Source of the DNA: Rhizobium sp.
Lineage (GTDB): Bacteria; Pseudomonadota; Alphaproteobacteria; Rhizobiales; Rhizobiaceae
Direction of reading: 5' to 3'
NCBI GenBank assembly: GCA_029865885.1
Contig: JARXAK010000217.1
Coordinates: 515-64,514 of the forward strand
Length of the DNA: 64,000 nt
Every line of letters starts with the position of its first letter. The stretch's first letter is position 1. Below the pieces are notes generated by a model. That model ran no database searches, was not told the DNA's origin, and saw only the letters and a program-made list of their open reading frames with translations. The position numbers were made by a program, and so were the translations under genes. Positions 50,077 through 59,690 of the stretch are shown in pieces.

Positions 50077-50477
50077 GACGCTCTCCGGATGACGCCGTTG
50101 AGGCGGGTACCAAGAGCGACGGTGTTGGAGATCGTGCCGTATTTGCGGACGTTCTTGTGCAAGAGATCGAGGCGCTGATCGGCCTCATCGGTATCGACCA
50201 CAAGCTCGTAGTCGATGGAGACGATACGCGGCGGATCATCCTGCCGGACGGCATGCAGGAACACCTCGACGCCATCGAGAGAGAAAGCGAGGAGCGGAAT
50301 CACGCGTTCGATCCCCTTGATCATGCAGGCCGCGATGGACGCCAGCAGCAGTTCAGCCGGATTGAAAGCATCGACCGGACCGGTCAGTCCTGTGGCAAGC
50401 CTGACCTGCGCAGACTCGGTGCGCGCTACGCTCTCCCCGGGATCGATCCGTCGTGCCGAGACCCTGTATTCGAGCAT
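50073..50477 (-). CDS. OsmC-family protein
   Basis: FNPAELLLASIAAC..KYGTISNTV; single conserved Cys. Confidence 0.82.
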   Translation of the reverse strand: MLEYRVSARRIDPGESVARTESAQVRLATGLTGPVDAFNPAELLLASIAACMIKGIERVIPLLAFSLDGVEVFLHAVRQDDPPRIVSIDYELVVDTDEADQRLDLLHKNVRKYGTISNTVALGTRLNGVIRRAS

Positions 50478-50785
50478 AGCAAGCCCTCCATGAGGCAGCC
50501 CTCTTAGAAGACCACGAGACACACACTATCATCTGATCCGCTCCGGGACTTGATCGGCGTCAAGTGATCAGAAGAATATTGCAGACCAGCCTTGCGATGC
50601 CGGGCTTGCAAGGGCTGGGTGGTCGAGAAGAACAGGTGTGGCTATCGTCTTGGTGGGCACGCTCCCGCTGAGCCGGCGGATCATCCCGATTGCTGTGGCC
50701 AAATGGAACAACGAGGCGTAGTGTTTTTTTGGCATGCGGGCTTGGGATCGATGGGATCGCCCGTCTTGCAATCGAGGGAAAGCCG

Positions 50786-51862
50786 ATGCAGCAGTTCGGG
50801 GACCCCGGTGATGCGAAAAGGCTGGCGCTCGCCATTGTCGAAAGCATTCCTGAGCCCTTTGTCGTTCTCGACAACCATCTGCGGCTGGTTGCTGCCAACG
50901 GCGCCTTCTTTGAGACATTCGAAATCGATCCGGCACGTTCGCACGGCATCAGCCTGTTTGATCTGGACGAGCGGCAATGGGATCTCCCGGTGCTTCGCCA
51001 GCGTCTAGCCGCAGCCATCCCGGATCACCCCGAGATATCGGCGTTCGAATTCGACAGGGACGTTGCAAAGATCGGGCGCCGCACACTCCTTATGTCGGCG
51101 CGAACCGTTGACTACGGGGGATCATCGGCCCCGAACACGCTGCTCGCGTTTCGCGACATCACCGAGGCAAGGCGGGCCGAGGCGGAGAAACAGGCACTGC
51201 TGGACCGCACCGAGGAATTGCTCGCCCAGCAACGCGTTCTCTTTCAGGAGATGCAGCACCGGGTGGCCAACAGCCTGCAGATCATCGCCAGCATTCTGAT
51301 GCTGAAGGCACGCGCCGTAACCTCCGAGGAAAGCCGTCGCCATCTCGAAGACGCCCACCAGCGCGTGATGTCAGTCGCCACGGTGCAGAACTACCTGCAC
51401 CTGACGGATGGCGTCGACGAAATCGAGGTCTCAGCCTACCTGAAGAAGCTGTGTGATGGCCTTGCGAAGTCCATCATTGTGGACAGTCGGCCGATTGTCA
51501 TCGACCTGCACGCGACCGAAAGCACGATCCCGTCCCGCAATGCCATCAGTATCGGTCTGATCGTGACCGAACTCGTCATCAACGCCATTAAATATGCCGT
51601 CCCGGTGTCTACGGGGTCTGAACGGGTCCTTGTCAGTTACGAGACACGCGACACGGACTGGCGCCTGGTCGTCTCTGACAACGGTGTCGGTCACAGCGTG
51701 ACCGAGAAGCCGGCTCAGCCCGGATCTGGTCTGGGATCTTTGATCATCGAGGCTCTGGCGAAACAGCTCGATGCGCGGGTCCAGATTGCATCCAGCGACA
51801 AGGGCATGAGTGTCACCGTGGCCCATGCGACGTTCCATTCGACCATGAGCACCGCAGCCTGA
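50786..51862 (+). CDS. cytoplasmic PAS-HisKA_2 (HWE-like) histidine kinase
   Basis: PAS domain; EMQHRVANSLQ (HRxxN), ELVINAIKYA, DNGVG, GLG. Confidence 0.9.
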   Translation: MQQFGDPGDAKRLALAIVESIPEPFVVLDNHLRLVAANGAFFETFEIDPARSHGISLFDLDERQWDLPVLRQRLAAAIPDHPEISAFEFDRDVAKIGRRTLLMSARTVDYGGSSAPNTLLAFRDITEARRAEAEKQALLDRTEELLAQQRVLFQEMQHRVANSLQIIASILMLKARAVTSEESRRHLEDAHQRVMSVATVQNYLHLTDGVDEIEVSAYLKKLCDGLAKSIIVDSRPIVIDLHATESTIPSRNAISIGLIVTELVINAIKYAVPVSTGSERVLVSYETRDTDWRLVVSDNGVGHSVTEKPAQPGSGLGSLIIEALAKQLDARVQIASSDKGMSVTVAHATFHSTMSTAA

Positions 51863-51928
51863 GGCTTTGCCTGCTGGACGGTGGGGTGACGCTGGCAACC
51901 TACTCCATCCTCAAAGCGGGGATGGATC

Positions 51929-51953
51929 GGAACGCCGACGCGCCTCAGCCGTT
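51929..51953 (+). promoter_or_regulatory. EcfG/RpoE2-type promoter GGAAC-N16-CGTT
   Basis: GGAAC at 51929-51933 and CGTT at 51950-51953, 45 bp upstream of the transglutaminase-like gene. Confidence 0.6.
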
Positions 51954-51997
51954 GCGATCAATAGATTGGTTTGGCGACATTGCAGAAAGACGGTGGC

Positions 51998-52804
51998 ATG
52001 AAGATTCGCGCAGGGTTTTACATCGAATACGAGTGTCAGAACGAGACGCCGATGCTGCTCGTCCTCAAGGTTCATCCATCGAGGGAACGGGACCTTTGCA
52101 GCGAGCAAACCCTCTCCTTCAACCGCATGATCCCCCAGCGCGATTATCTCGATGCCTATGGCAATGCCTGCAGCCGGATACTGGCACCTCCGGGCAGAAC
52201 GATGATCTCGACCCAATTCGACGTGAGCGACAGCGGCTTGGCGGAATTCCTGCCCGAACAGGCCGTTCAGCTTCCAATTCAGGACTTGCCCGACGATGTC
52301 CTGGTTTTCCTCCTGGGCAGCCGCTACTGCGACACCGACCGTCTGGCCGATTTTGCCTGGAAGCAGTTTTCTGCGACACCTCTGGGCTGGCCGCGGGTGA
52401 AGGCCATCCTCGACTTCGTTCATGGCCATCTCGTCTTTGATTATGACCGGGCCGACCGGATGCGCACGGCTCATGGCGGCTTCATCGACAGGACAGGCGT
52501 CTGCCGCGATTTTGCGCATCTCACCATCACGCTCTGCCGATGCCTGAACATACCCGCCCGCTATTGTACCGGTTATCTCGGTGATATCGGCGTGCCGAAA
52601 GATCCCCATCCCATGGATTTCAGTGCGTGGTGCGAAGTCTATCTTGGCGGTCGCTGGTGGACCGTCGATGCACGCCACAATGTCCGGCGTATCGGGCGCA
52701 TCCTGATGGCGAGGGGACGCGATGCCACAGATGTCGCGCTTTCGACGGCCTTCGGCCCCGCTACGCTGACACATTTCGAAGTTGTCACGGAGGAAATCGA
52801 CTGA
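51998..52804 (+). CDS. transglutaminase-like protein
   Basis: GSRYCDTD, GVCRDFAH, YCTGYLGDIG, MDFSAWCEVYL..W..VDAR. Confidence 0.9.
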   Translation: MKIRAGFYIEYECQNETPMLLVLKVHPSRERDLCSEQTLSFNRMIPQRDYLDAYGNACSRILAPPGRTMISTQFDVSDSGLAEFLPEQAVQLPIQDLPDDVLVFLLGSRYCDTDRLADFAWKQFSATPLGWPRVKAILDFVHGHLVFDYDRADRMRTAHGGFIDRTGVCRDFAHLTITLCRCLNIPARYCTGYLGDIGVPKDPHPMDFSAWCEVYLGGRWWTVDARHNVRRIGRILMARGRDATDVALSTAFGPATLTHFEVVTEEID

Positions 52805-52892
52805 TGGTCATCCAGCAGTCGGGTTCGGTGGGCGCAGACATCAAACGATCGAAGTCATCGCGACGCGAAGGCGATAGAAGGAAGGCACCAAA

Positions 52893-53981
52893 ATGACCAT
52901 CCAGAGAGCAAGCTTCTACGTGCTCCTTCTGATCGTGACGGTCGCCTTCGTGTGGCTTCTCATTCCCTATTACACAGCGGTGTTGTGGGCCATCATCCTG
53001 GCGATCCTGTTCTTTCCCGTGCACCGGCGACTGGAACGGCTTCTGGGAGGTCGCGCAACGATCGCAGCACTTTTGACTTTGCTCCTGTGCATCTGCCTCG
53101 TCATCCTGCCGGCGCTCGGCATCCTGGCGTCCCTCATTCAGGAAGGGACGAGCCTTTATCAGCGTATCAGCAGCAATGAGATCGACCTGCACACGCATCT
53201 TCTGCGTTTGCAGGCCCTGCTTCCCGCATTCCTCGACAACTGGCTGACCGCGCTGAAACTCGACGGCTTTGCCGAATTGTGGGCAAGGCTCTCTTCCGGC
53301 TTTATGGAGGCTGGGCAGTCGATTGCCGGCGGGGTGTTGAGCTTCGGACAGAACACGCTGCAATTTTTCATCAGCATGGGGCTGATGCTCTATCTCCTGT
53401 TTTTCCTGTTCCGGGACGGCGCATCTCTTGGAAAGACCTTGCGTCACTCCATTCCGCTCAGCGACGATTATACGCGCCAGTTCGTCGACAAATTTGCGGC
53501 CGTTGTCCGCGCCACTGTTAGGGGCAATGTCATTATCGCGATCATCCAGGGCGTGATCGGCGGCGTGACCTTCTGGGCCCTGGGGATAGAGGCGGCACTC
53601 CTCTGGGGTGTCGTCATGACTTTTCTGTCGATGCTGCCGGCCATCGGTGCCGCGATCGTCTGGATACCGGCCGCCATCTGGCTGTTTCTCGTCGGCGCGT
53701 GGATCAAGGGTATCCTGATGGTGGTCATCGGCGCCTTCGTCATCGGTCTGATCGACAACCTTCTTCGCCCTCCGCTGGTGGGGCAGGGCGCGAGACTGCC
53801 CGATTATGTCGTCCTGATTTCGACGGTCGGCGGCATCTCACTCTTCGGCCTCAGCGGCTTTGTCATTGGCCCTCTGATTGCTGCACTTTTCATTTCCGCA
53901 TGGTCGCTGTTCACGCAGCAGCAGCATCAAGTGCCCGTACCAGCGTCGGTTGGGAAGGACGTGAAGAAGAAAGAGAATTGA
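52893..53981 (+). CDS. AI-2E family transporter
   Basis: LFFLFRDG, AIIQG, IDNLLRP, GFVIGPLI. Confidence 0.9.
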   Translation: MTIQRASFYVLLLIVTVAFVWLLIPYYTAVLWAIILAILFFPVHRRLERLLGGRATIAALLTLLLCICLVILPALGILASLIQEGTSLYQRISSNEIDLHTHLLRLQALLPAFLDNWLTALKLDGFAELWARLSSGFMEAGQSIAGGVLSFGQNTLQFFISMGLMLYLLFFLFRDGASLGKTLRHSIPLSDDYTRQFVDKFAAVVRATVRGNVIIAIIQGVIGGVTFWALGIEAALLWGVVMTFLSMLPAIGAAIVWIPAAIWLFLVGAWIKGILMVVIGAFVIGLIDNLLRPPLVGQGARLPDYVVLISTVGGISLFGLSGFVIGPLIAALFISAWSLFTQQQHQVPVPASVGKDVKKKEN

Positions 53982-54382
53982 GCCACCTTTCACAAGGTTT
54001 CAAACCCAGTATCATTCAGGACATCGCTACCCGCACCGGCATGGCGGTGAAAATGATCTCGCCCGCCACCGTTCAAGAATGAGACCGTCTAGTTTCGGGT
54101 ACAGTTTTCGCCGACCTGAAGGTCCAGTTTTGTCAATCGCCTCAAGGCTAGCGCTTTGGTCCTCTGGTCTGCTCTCGCACATACGTGTCAGTCGGCGACA
54201 ACAAGATTTCTTGCGGCGCTTGAAAATCGGCATAGGCCGCTTCAAGAAAAGAGGGGTGGCTTCGGGCCGCAATTCGTTCTGGAAGACTGACGATTACGAT
54301 GTGACCTCTCGTCCCAAGCGTGACGGAAACAGGGCCTGGCTCTGACCTACGGCCACCGCTGGATTCACGCAATGGAGATACC

Positions 54383-55420
54383 GTGGCGGATACTGACACG
54401 TCGGCGATATCGAACCGGTCCGCAATACATGCGCCAAAACGCGTCTGCCTGCTGGGCGCCACCGGCACGATCGGTCGCGCGACATGTGCAGCGCTCGTAC
54501 GGCGCGGGTATGAGGTGGTTTGTTTTGTCCGGCCGCCCGCTGGTGTCGGTGGAGCTGGGATGCCGACGACACCCCCTCCGGTGTTGGATGGTGCATCCGT
54601 CCGGATCGTGGATATCTCCGATCCGGCATCGTTGGATCGCGATGGGTTTTCCAACGGCAGATTCGACGCCGTGGTTTCGTGCATGGCCTCGCGCACCGGA
54701 ACGCCGAAAGATGCCTGGGCCGTCGACCATCGCGCGCAGCTGAAAGTGCTGGAAGCGGCGCAGCGTGCAGGCGTTGGCCACTTCGTCCTGTTGTCTGCAA
54801 TCTGTGTGCAGAAGCCGCTCCTCGCCTTTCAACACGCAAAGCTGGCGTTTGAATCCGCACTTATCGCATCCGGTCTGCGCTATTCGATCGTGCGACCGAC
54901 CGCCTTCTTCAAATCCCTGTCCGGCCAGATCGAGCGCGTCCGCAACGGTCGCCCGTTCCTGATTTTCGGGGATGGCACACTGACATCCTGCAAGCCCATC
55001 AGCGATGGCGATGTGGGAGACTATCTTGCCCTTTGCCTGGAAGACCCCCGCTTAACGAACCGCATCTTGCCCATCGGTGGACCGGGCGAGGCGATTACAC
55101 CGCGCCAGCAGGGGGAAGCACTTTTCCAACTTCTCGGGCGCCAGCCAAAGTTTCGATCCGTTCCAGTCGCCCTGCTGGACGTCGTTATTGGTGGGCTCGG
55201 AACCCTTGGTCGGTTCATGCCGTCTCTCAGCGAGAAGGCGGAGCTGGCAAGGATCGGCCGCTACTACGCAACCGAATCCATGCTGGTGCTCAATCCGCAA
55301 ACAGGGCGATACGATGCGGATGCCACGCCTTCAACAGGGGCCGAGACTTTGTTCGACTTCTATCGCACTGTTCTGACCGGCGGCGCCCTGCCAGACAGGG
55401 GAGACCACGCCGTCTTCTAA
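54383..55420 (+). CDS. bciA: NADPH-dependent 8-vinyl reductase (divinyl chlorophyllide reductase)-like atypical SDR
   Basis: GATGTIG, VVSCMASRTG, HFVLLSAICVQKPLLAFQHAKL, RPTAFFKSL, CKPIS, LPIGGPG, IGRYYATESML; start GTG 54383 (GGAG RBS) or 54320. Confidence 0.8.
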   Translation: MADTDTSAISNRSAIHAPKRVCLLGATGTIGRATCAALVRRGYEVVCFVRPPAGVGGAGMPTTPPPVLDGASVRIVDISDPASLDRDGFSNGRFDAVVSCMASRTGTPKDAWAVDHRAQLKVLEAAQRAGVGHFVLLSAICVQKPLLAFQHAKLAFESALIASGLRYSIVRPTAFFKSLSGQIERVRNGRPFLIFGDGTLTSCKPISDGDVGDYLALCLEDPRLTNRILPIGGPGEAITPRQQGEALFQLLGRQPKFRSVPVALLDVVIGGLGTLGRFMPSLSEKAELARIGRYYATESMLVLNPQTGRYDADATPSTGAETLFDFYRTVLTGGALPDRGDHAVF

Positions 55421-55706
55421 CGTCCTATGGATGTTTTTCTCTGGATCTTGCAATTTCAGATAAGCAAACCCATATGAAAGTCAGTGGCAGCCATCGAACG
55501 GGCACTGCCACTTTCTGGGCGGCACTCACCCTGGCCCCAACAAAGGAGGACGACATGTCTTCCGACATCCACCAGCCGATCGACAGCTTCGACCCTAGCA
55601 TCATGAGGACTGCGCGCCGGTATGCCGGATTTGGGTCCGAAAAGCCTCTGGGCGAGCTGGGCTGCGGCGCGGCGCGGCGACAGACCCGCGTCGAGGTTAT
55701 GAGGCC

Positions 55707-55988
55707 GTGACCCTTGCCTTCCCCAACCCGACCCGCGCCTATGACGAGACCCGCGGTCTGATCCGCTTCATCGGGCATGACGGCCTCAATCAGGTTCTTT
55801 TTCTGTTGCCCGTTGCCGTGTTCGATCGGGCTGGGACAAGCAGCCGCAAGGAACGGGATTACCTCCTGGCATTCGACCGATTGCGGGAGCGTATCCTGGC
55901 TGCGGCGCGAGACGCCTACCAGTCGAGGCGCCGGCACACGATTGAATTGGATCTCGATGCTTTCGGGTCGTCACTCCAGTCGGCCTGA
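55707..55988 (+). CDS. DUF1488 family protein
   Basis: MTLAFPNPTRAYDE....IRFIGHDG..AFD..RERI..AA..AY. Confidence 0.75.
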   Translation: MTLAFPNPTRAYDETRGLIRFIGHDGLNQVLFLLPVAVFDRAGTSSRKERDYLLAFDRLRERILAAARDAYQSRRRHTIELDLDAFGSSLQSA

Positions 55989-56191
55989 CCTTCGCCCATC
56001 TGGAGTATGCCGCGCAAACGTGAGCAGCGGTTTTGCGACAACGACATGCGTCAAAACAAAGACTTAAAGCGTGACGAGCGGATCTGAACGATCGCGATAC
56101 GCTCTAGACGCGCGATGAATACCCAAGAGGAAAAGCGCATGCCAGATCACAGGCAATTCATATTGGTGGTTCAGCCACGCGTCCTGGCGCC

Positions 56192-56482
56192 ATGCTGATC
56201 CCGAACCGGCCAGAAGCCGAGCGAAAAGCATCCGACCACGCGCTGCTCCGTATTCTGCTGCGTCGCTCGGCATACACGAGCGCCGACCTCCTGGCCCAGG
56301 CCGGCCCTGACTACGAGAGAGAGCTCGTCATCATCAAACGTCTGCGCAAGGGCATGATCATGGGCGCTCCGCAGTTGGCCGACTGGGAGAATGCGATCGC
56401 CAGCGAAACCTCGGCCTTGTTGCGCTGGGAAAATGAGGGCGGAAGCCTCGCAGAGATTGAACCTCCAGGGAGACACGTCTGA
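56192..56482 (+). CDS. hypothetical protein (RWENEGG motif near the C-terminus)
   Basis: ORF within a co-oriented run of small genes. Confidence 0.5.
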   Translation: MLIPNRPEAERKASDHALLRILLRRSAYTSADLLAQAGPDYERELVIIKRLRKGMIMGAPQLADWENAIASETSALLRWENEGGSLAEIEPPGRHV

Positions 56483-56655
56483 TGGACACTTCGGACAAGG
56501 TGGTTGTCCTGGCGGATATCCGAAAGAAGAGGGCTGCTTCGGCGTCCCTCCGTCCCAATGTCTTCGAGATCCGGACCGGTGCTGGAAAACGACCCGACTG
56601 CAGCATCCACGCCTTCACCGCTGCAACGTCCATGACACCGCCGAAGGCGGTCTGA
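56482..56655 (+). CDS. 57-aa hypothetical protein (not in the ORF track)
   Basis: AGGGAG RBS; TGATG overlap with the upstream stop; MDTSDKVVVLADIRKKRAA...PPKAV*. Confidence 0.45.
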   Translation: MDTSDKVVVLADIRKKRAASASLRPNVFEIRTGAGKRPDCSIHAFTAATSMTPPKAV

Positions 56656-56731
56656 CGGATGCTTGATCTTCGTGCCGACTGCCACCCGATCCTTGAAGAC
56701 CGGAACATTTACCCCAGAAAGGGAGTTCTCC

Positions 56732-56998
56732 ATGTTTACGCGAACGAAGAGCAGAACCGTCCATTTTGACGCTCCTTTCACCCTCTCGGGACTTGACGGT
56801 GGTCCTTATCCGGCGGGCGACTACCAGGTGCAGGACGAAGAAGAGCAGATAACAGGGATTTCCTGGCTCGCTTATCGGCGCGTGGCAACCACGATTGAAG
56901 TCGCTGCGGGCAAGAAGAAGAGCCTGATCGACATAGACCCCTTGGAGCTGGATGCAGCTCTCGAAAAGGACAGGGGTCTGTCGGCGCAGCGAACCTGA
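56732..56998 (+). CDS. small alphaproteobacterial hypothetical protein
   Basis: GGGAG RBS; MFTRT..RTVHF..PF.L.G.....PAG.Y.V..EEE.I.G.SW.AYRRV pattern. Confidence 0.7.
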   Translation: MFTRTKSRTVHFDAPFTLSGLDGGPYPAGDYQVQDEEEQITGISWLAYRRVATTIEVAAGKKKSLIDIDPLELDAALEKDRGLSAQRT

Positions 56999-57067
56999 CA
57001 AGCGCTCATACCATCGCCCCAAGCGGGGGCGCCGCAAGCCCATCGCAACCAGTATCGGAGAAACACC

Positions 57068-57271
57068 ATGCCTTCTCATCGTTTCACCATCGGACAAATG
57101 GTCCGTCTCGTGACCACCAAGGGTCTCTCGCCGGCGGCAGCCGTCACCTACACCGTCGCGGCTCCCATGCCGGCTTACCAGAACAGCCCGCAATATCGGC
57201 TCTGGAACGCCGAACTGCACCAGGGCCGTGTCGCGCTGGAGCGTGATCTTGAGGCTGTTCTGAACACATAA
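57068..57271 (+). CDS. small hypothetical protein
   Basis: GGAG RBS; HRFTIGQMVRL..Y.V...MP......QYR...RVA.E.DL pattern. Confidence 0.65.
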   Translation: MPSHRFTIGQMVRLVTTKGLSPAAAVTYTVAAPMPAYQNSPQYRLWNAELHQGRVALERDLEAVLNT

Positions 57272-57371
57272 AGCCGCGCCGATGGGAGAACCTTCGGCCA
57301 CCTCCGGAGGCGCCGTTCAGCTGCGTCATCTGTGCAAAGACTTCGCCACCTTGTTCTGAAGGGAAAGCTCA

Positions 57372-59651
57372 ATGACAAAGCCAACGCGTATCGCCTTGAT
57401 CGGCAACTCCCCGCCCCGCCAGTGCGGCATCGCCACCTTCACAGGCGATCTCTCCCGGGCAATGTCCGGAACGACCGGCGAGGTGCAAACGAGCATCGTC
57501 GCCGTGACGGATGACAAGCAATCCTATGCCTATCCGGCTGATGTGATCTTCGAAATCCGCGAGGGTGAAGTCGAGGACTACATCACAGCAGCGCGGATCC
57601 TCAACGAGGGCCAGTTCGACGCGGTGTCGCTCCAGCATGAATTCGGCATCTTCGGTGGTCCCGACGGCGAGTTCATCCTCATGCTCCTGGCAAATCTGCG
57701 GATTCCGGTGGTCACGACCTGCCACACCATCCTCGCCGAACCAACGCCGTCGCAACTGCGCGTGCTGCAGAAGGTGACTGCGCATTCCAGTCGCGTCGTG
57801 GCCATGGCGGAGAAGGGGCGCACCATGCTGACGGAGGTCTATGGGGTGTCTCCCCAGAAGATCGACGTCATTGCCCATGGCATACCCGACCGCCCCTTTC
57901 ACGATCCAGATGTTGCCAAGGTAAAGCGGGGCTATGCGGGCCGGCCGCTGATCCTGACATTCGGCCTTCTCTCCCCCAACAAGGGGATCGAGGTGGTCAT
58001 CGATGCCATGCCCGCGATCCTCGAGCAGAACACGGAAACCGTATACATAGTGCTGGGCGCGACGCACCCGACTTTGTTGCGCAGCCAAGGCGAGGCCTAT
58101 CGCGACAGCCTGCGGCAGCGCACCGAGCGGCTGGGTGTCGGCAATGCTGTGCAGTTTCTCAACCGTTTCGTGGATCTGCCGACACTTCTGGATTTCATTG
58201 CCATGTGCGATGTCTATGTGACGCCGTATCTCGATGAGGCGCAGATGACGTCGGGCACGCTCGCCTACAGCTTCGGCATGGGCAGCGCTGTGGTTTCAAC
58301 GCCCTATTGGCATGCGCGCGACCTTCTTGCAGATGGTCGAGGCATGCTCGTTCCCTTCGGCGATGCGCCGGCCACTGGCAAGGCGATCGCGGCTCTGCTC
58401 GGCGATGACGATGCACGGATGTCCATGCGCAGGCGGGCCTATGATGCCGGGCGCTCGATGATCTGGTCTCATGTCGCGGCACTCTATCTCGACAGCATGA
58501 CCAGGGCACGCGAAGCCGCGCGGCCGCGACTCGTCAGCGACCTTGTCTCCCTGCGAATGAAGCGTCCGCCGCAGCAGACGGGCCTCAAGCTGGGGCATTT
58601 CCAGGCGATGTGCGACGACACGGGCATCGTGCAGCACGCCGTCTTCTCCGTTCCCGACAGGTCGCATGGCTACTGCGTCGATGACAATGCCCGTGCGCTC
58701 TTGCTCTCCTCCTTGCTGTCATCGGCCGGTGAGGTGGGCATAGCGGACCGCATGACGGCATCCTTCGCAGCTTTCGTTGAACATGCATGGAACCCGGATA
58801 CGGGCCGCTTCCGCAATTTCATGAGCTTCGATCGTCGCTGGCTCGAAGATGAAGGCTCAGAAGACAGTCACGGACGAACCCTCTGGGCGCTGGGTGCCTG
58901 CATGCTTTTCGACACCGATGTGCCACGCCGCCGCTGGGCAAGCGCGCTCTTCGCCCGCGCCATGTCGGTGACGCTGACCTTCAGTTCCCCGCGCGCCTGG
59001 GCCTTCACCCTTCTCGGTCTCGACGCCTATTGCCGGACAAACCCGCAAGACACCCATGGCCGCCTCTTGCGTACGCAGCTTGCCGAGAAGCTGATGGACC
59101 TGGAACGTCGCGTATCCCGTGGGCCGCGCCGCTGGTTCGAGGAGGGGCTCTCTTACGAAAACGCGCGGTTGAGCCAAGCCCTTATCACAACGGGCCAGGC
59201 GACCGGTGTGTCTGAATTCGTCGAGGCCGGCGTTGCGACGCTCTCCTGGCTGATGACCCAGCAAACCGCTCCAGCCGGACATTTCCGCGCCATCGGAACC
59301 GACGGCTTTTTTGAGATCGGTCAGGCACCCAGGCTGTTTGACCAGCAACCGGTCGAGGCGACGGCAACCATTGCAGCCTGCCTCGCAGCTTATGGGGCAA
59401 CCAGCGACAGAACCTGGATCCAGGCCGCCAACAAAGCCTTCAGCTGGTTCACGGGCAGCAACGACCATGGTGTTTCTCTCGTGGACCGGGAAACCGGCAG
59501 TTGCCGCGACGGCCTGCACGCCGACCGACCCAACGAGAACCGAGGCGCGGAATCCGTCCTTTGTTACCTGATCTCCTGCGTCGAGATCGGTCGCGCCAAC
59601 CAGATGCTGCACCCCGTGCTTCCAAGGATCGGCGTCAGGCAATTGTCCTGA
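57372..59651 (+). CDS. GT4 glycosyltransferase fused to a C-terminal (alpha/alpha)-barrel-like domain
   Basis: PRQCGIATF, QHEFGIFGG, FGLLSPNKG, TSGTL, STPY; C-terminal part DDTGIVQHA..GYCVDDNARA, FDQQPVEA. Confidence 0.88.
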   Translation: MTKPTRIALIGNSPPRQCGIATFTGDLSRAMSGTTGEVQTSIVAVTDDKQSYAYPADVIFEIREGEVEDYITAARILNEGQFDAVSLQHEFGIFGGPDGEFILMLLANLRIPVVTTCHTILAEPTPSQLRVLQKVTAHSSRVVAMAEKGRTMLTEVYGVSPQKIDVIAHGIPDRPFHDPDVAKVKRGYAGRPLILTFGLLSPNKGIEVVIDAMPAILEQNTETVYIVLGATHPTLLRSQGEAYRDSLRQRTERLGVGNAVQFLNRFVDLPTLLDFIAMCDVYVTPYLDEAQMTSGTLAYSFGMGSAVVSTPYWHARDLLADGRGMLVPFGDAPATGKAIAALLGDDDARMSMRRRAYDAGRSMIWSHVAALYLDSMTRAREAARPRLVSDLVSLRMKRPPQQTGLKLGHFQAMCDDTGIVQHAVFSVPDRSHGYCVDDNARALLLSSLLSSAGEVGIADRMTASFAAFVEHAWNPDTGRFRNFMSFDRRWLEDEGSEDSHGRTLWALGACMLFDTDVPRRRWASALFARAMSVTLTFSSPRAWAFTLLGLDAYCRTNPQDTHGRLLRTQLAEKLMDLERRVSRGPRRWFEEGLSYENARLSQALITTGQATGVSEFVEAGVATLSWLMTQQTAPAGHFRAIGTDGFFEIGQAPRLFDQQPVEATATIAACLAAYGATSDRTWIQAANKAFSWFTGSNDHGVSLVDRETGSCRDGLHADRPNENRGAESVLCYLISCVEIGRANQMLHPVLPRIGVRQLS

Positions 59652-59690
59652 GCCGCCCCTCCATGCCCAGAACCCCAGAAGGGATCATCC

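Noticed and set aside
57287-57317. AGAAC...CGTT as an EcfG promoter for the GT4 operon
   Set aside because: Spacing is 22 nt rather than 16-17, and the -35 element is imperfect
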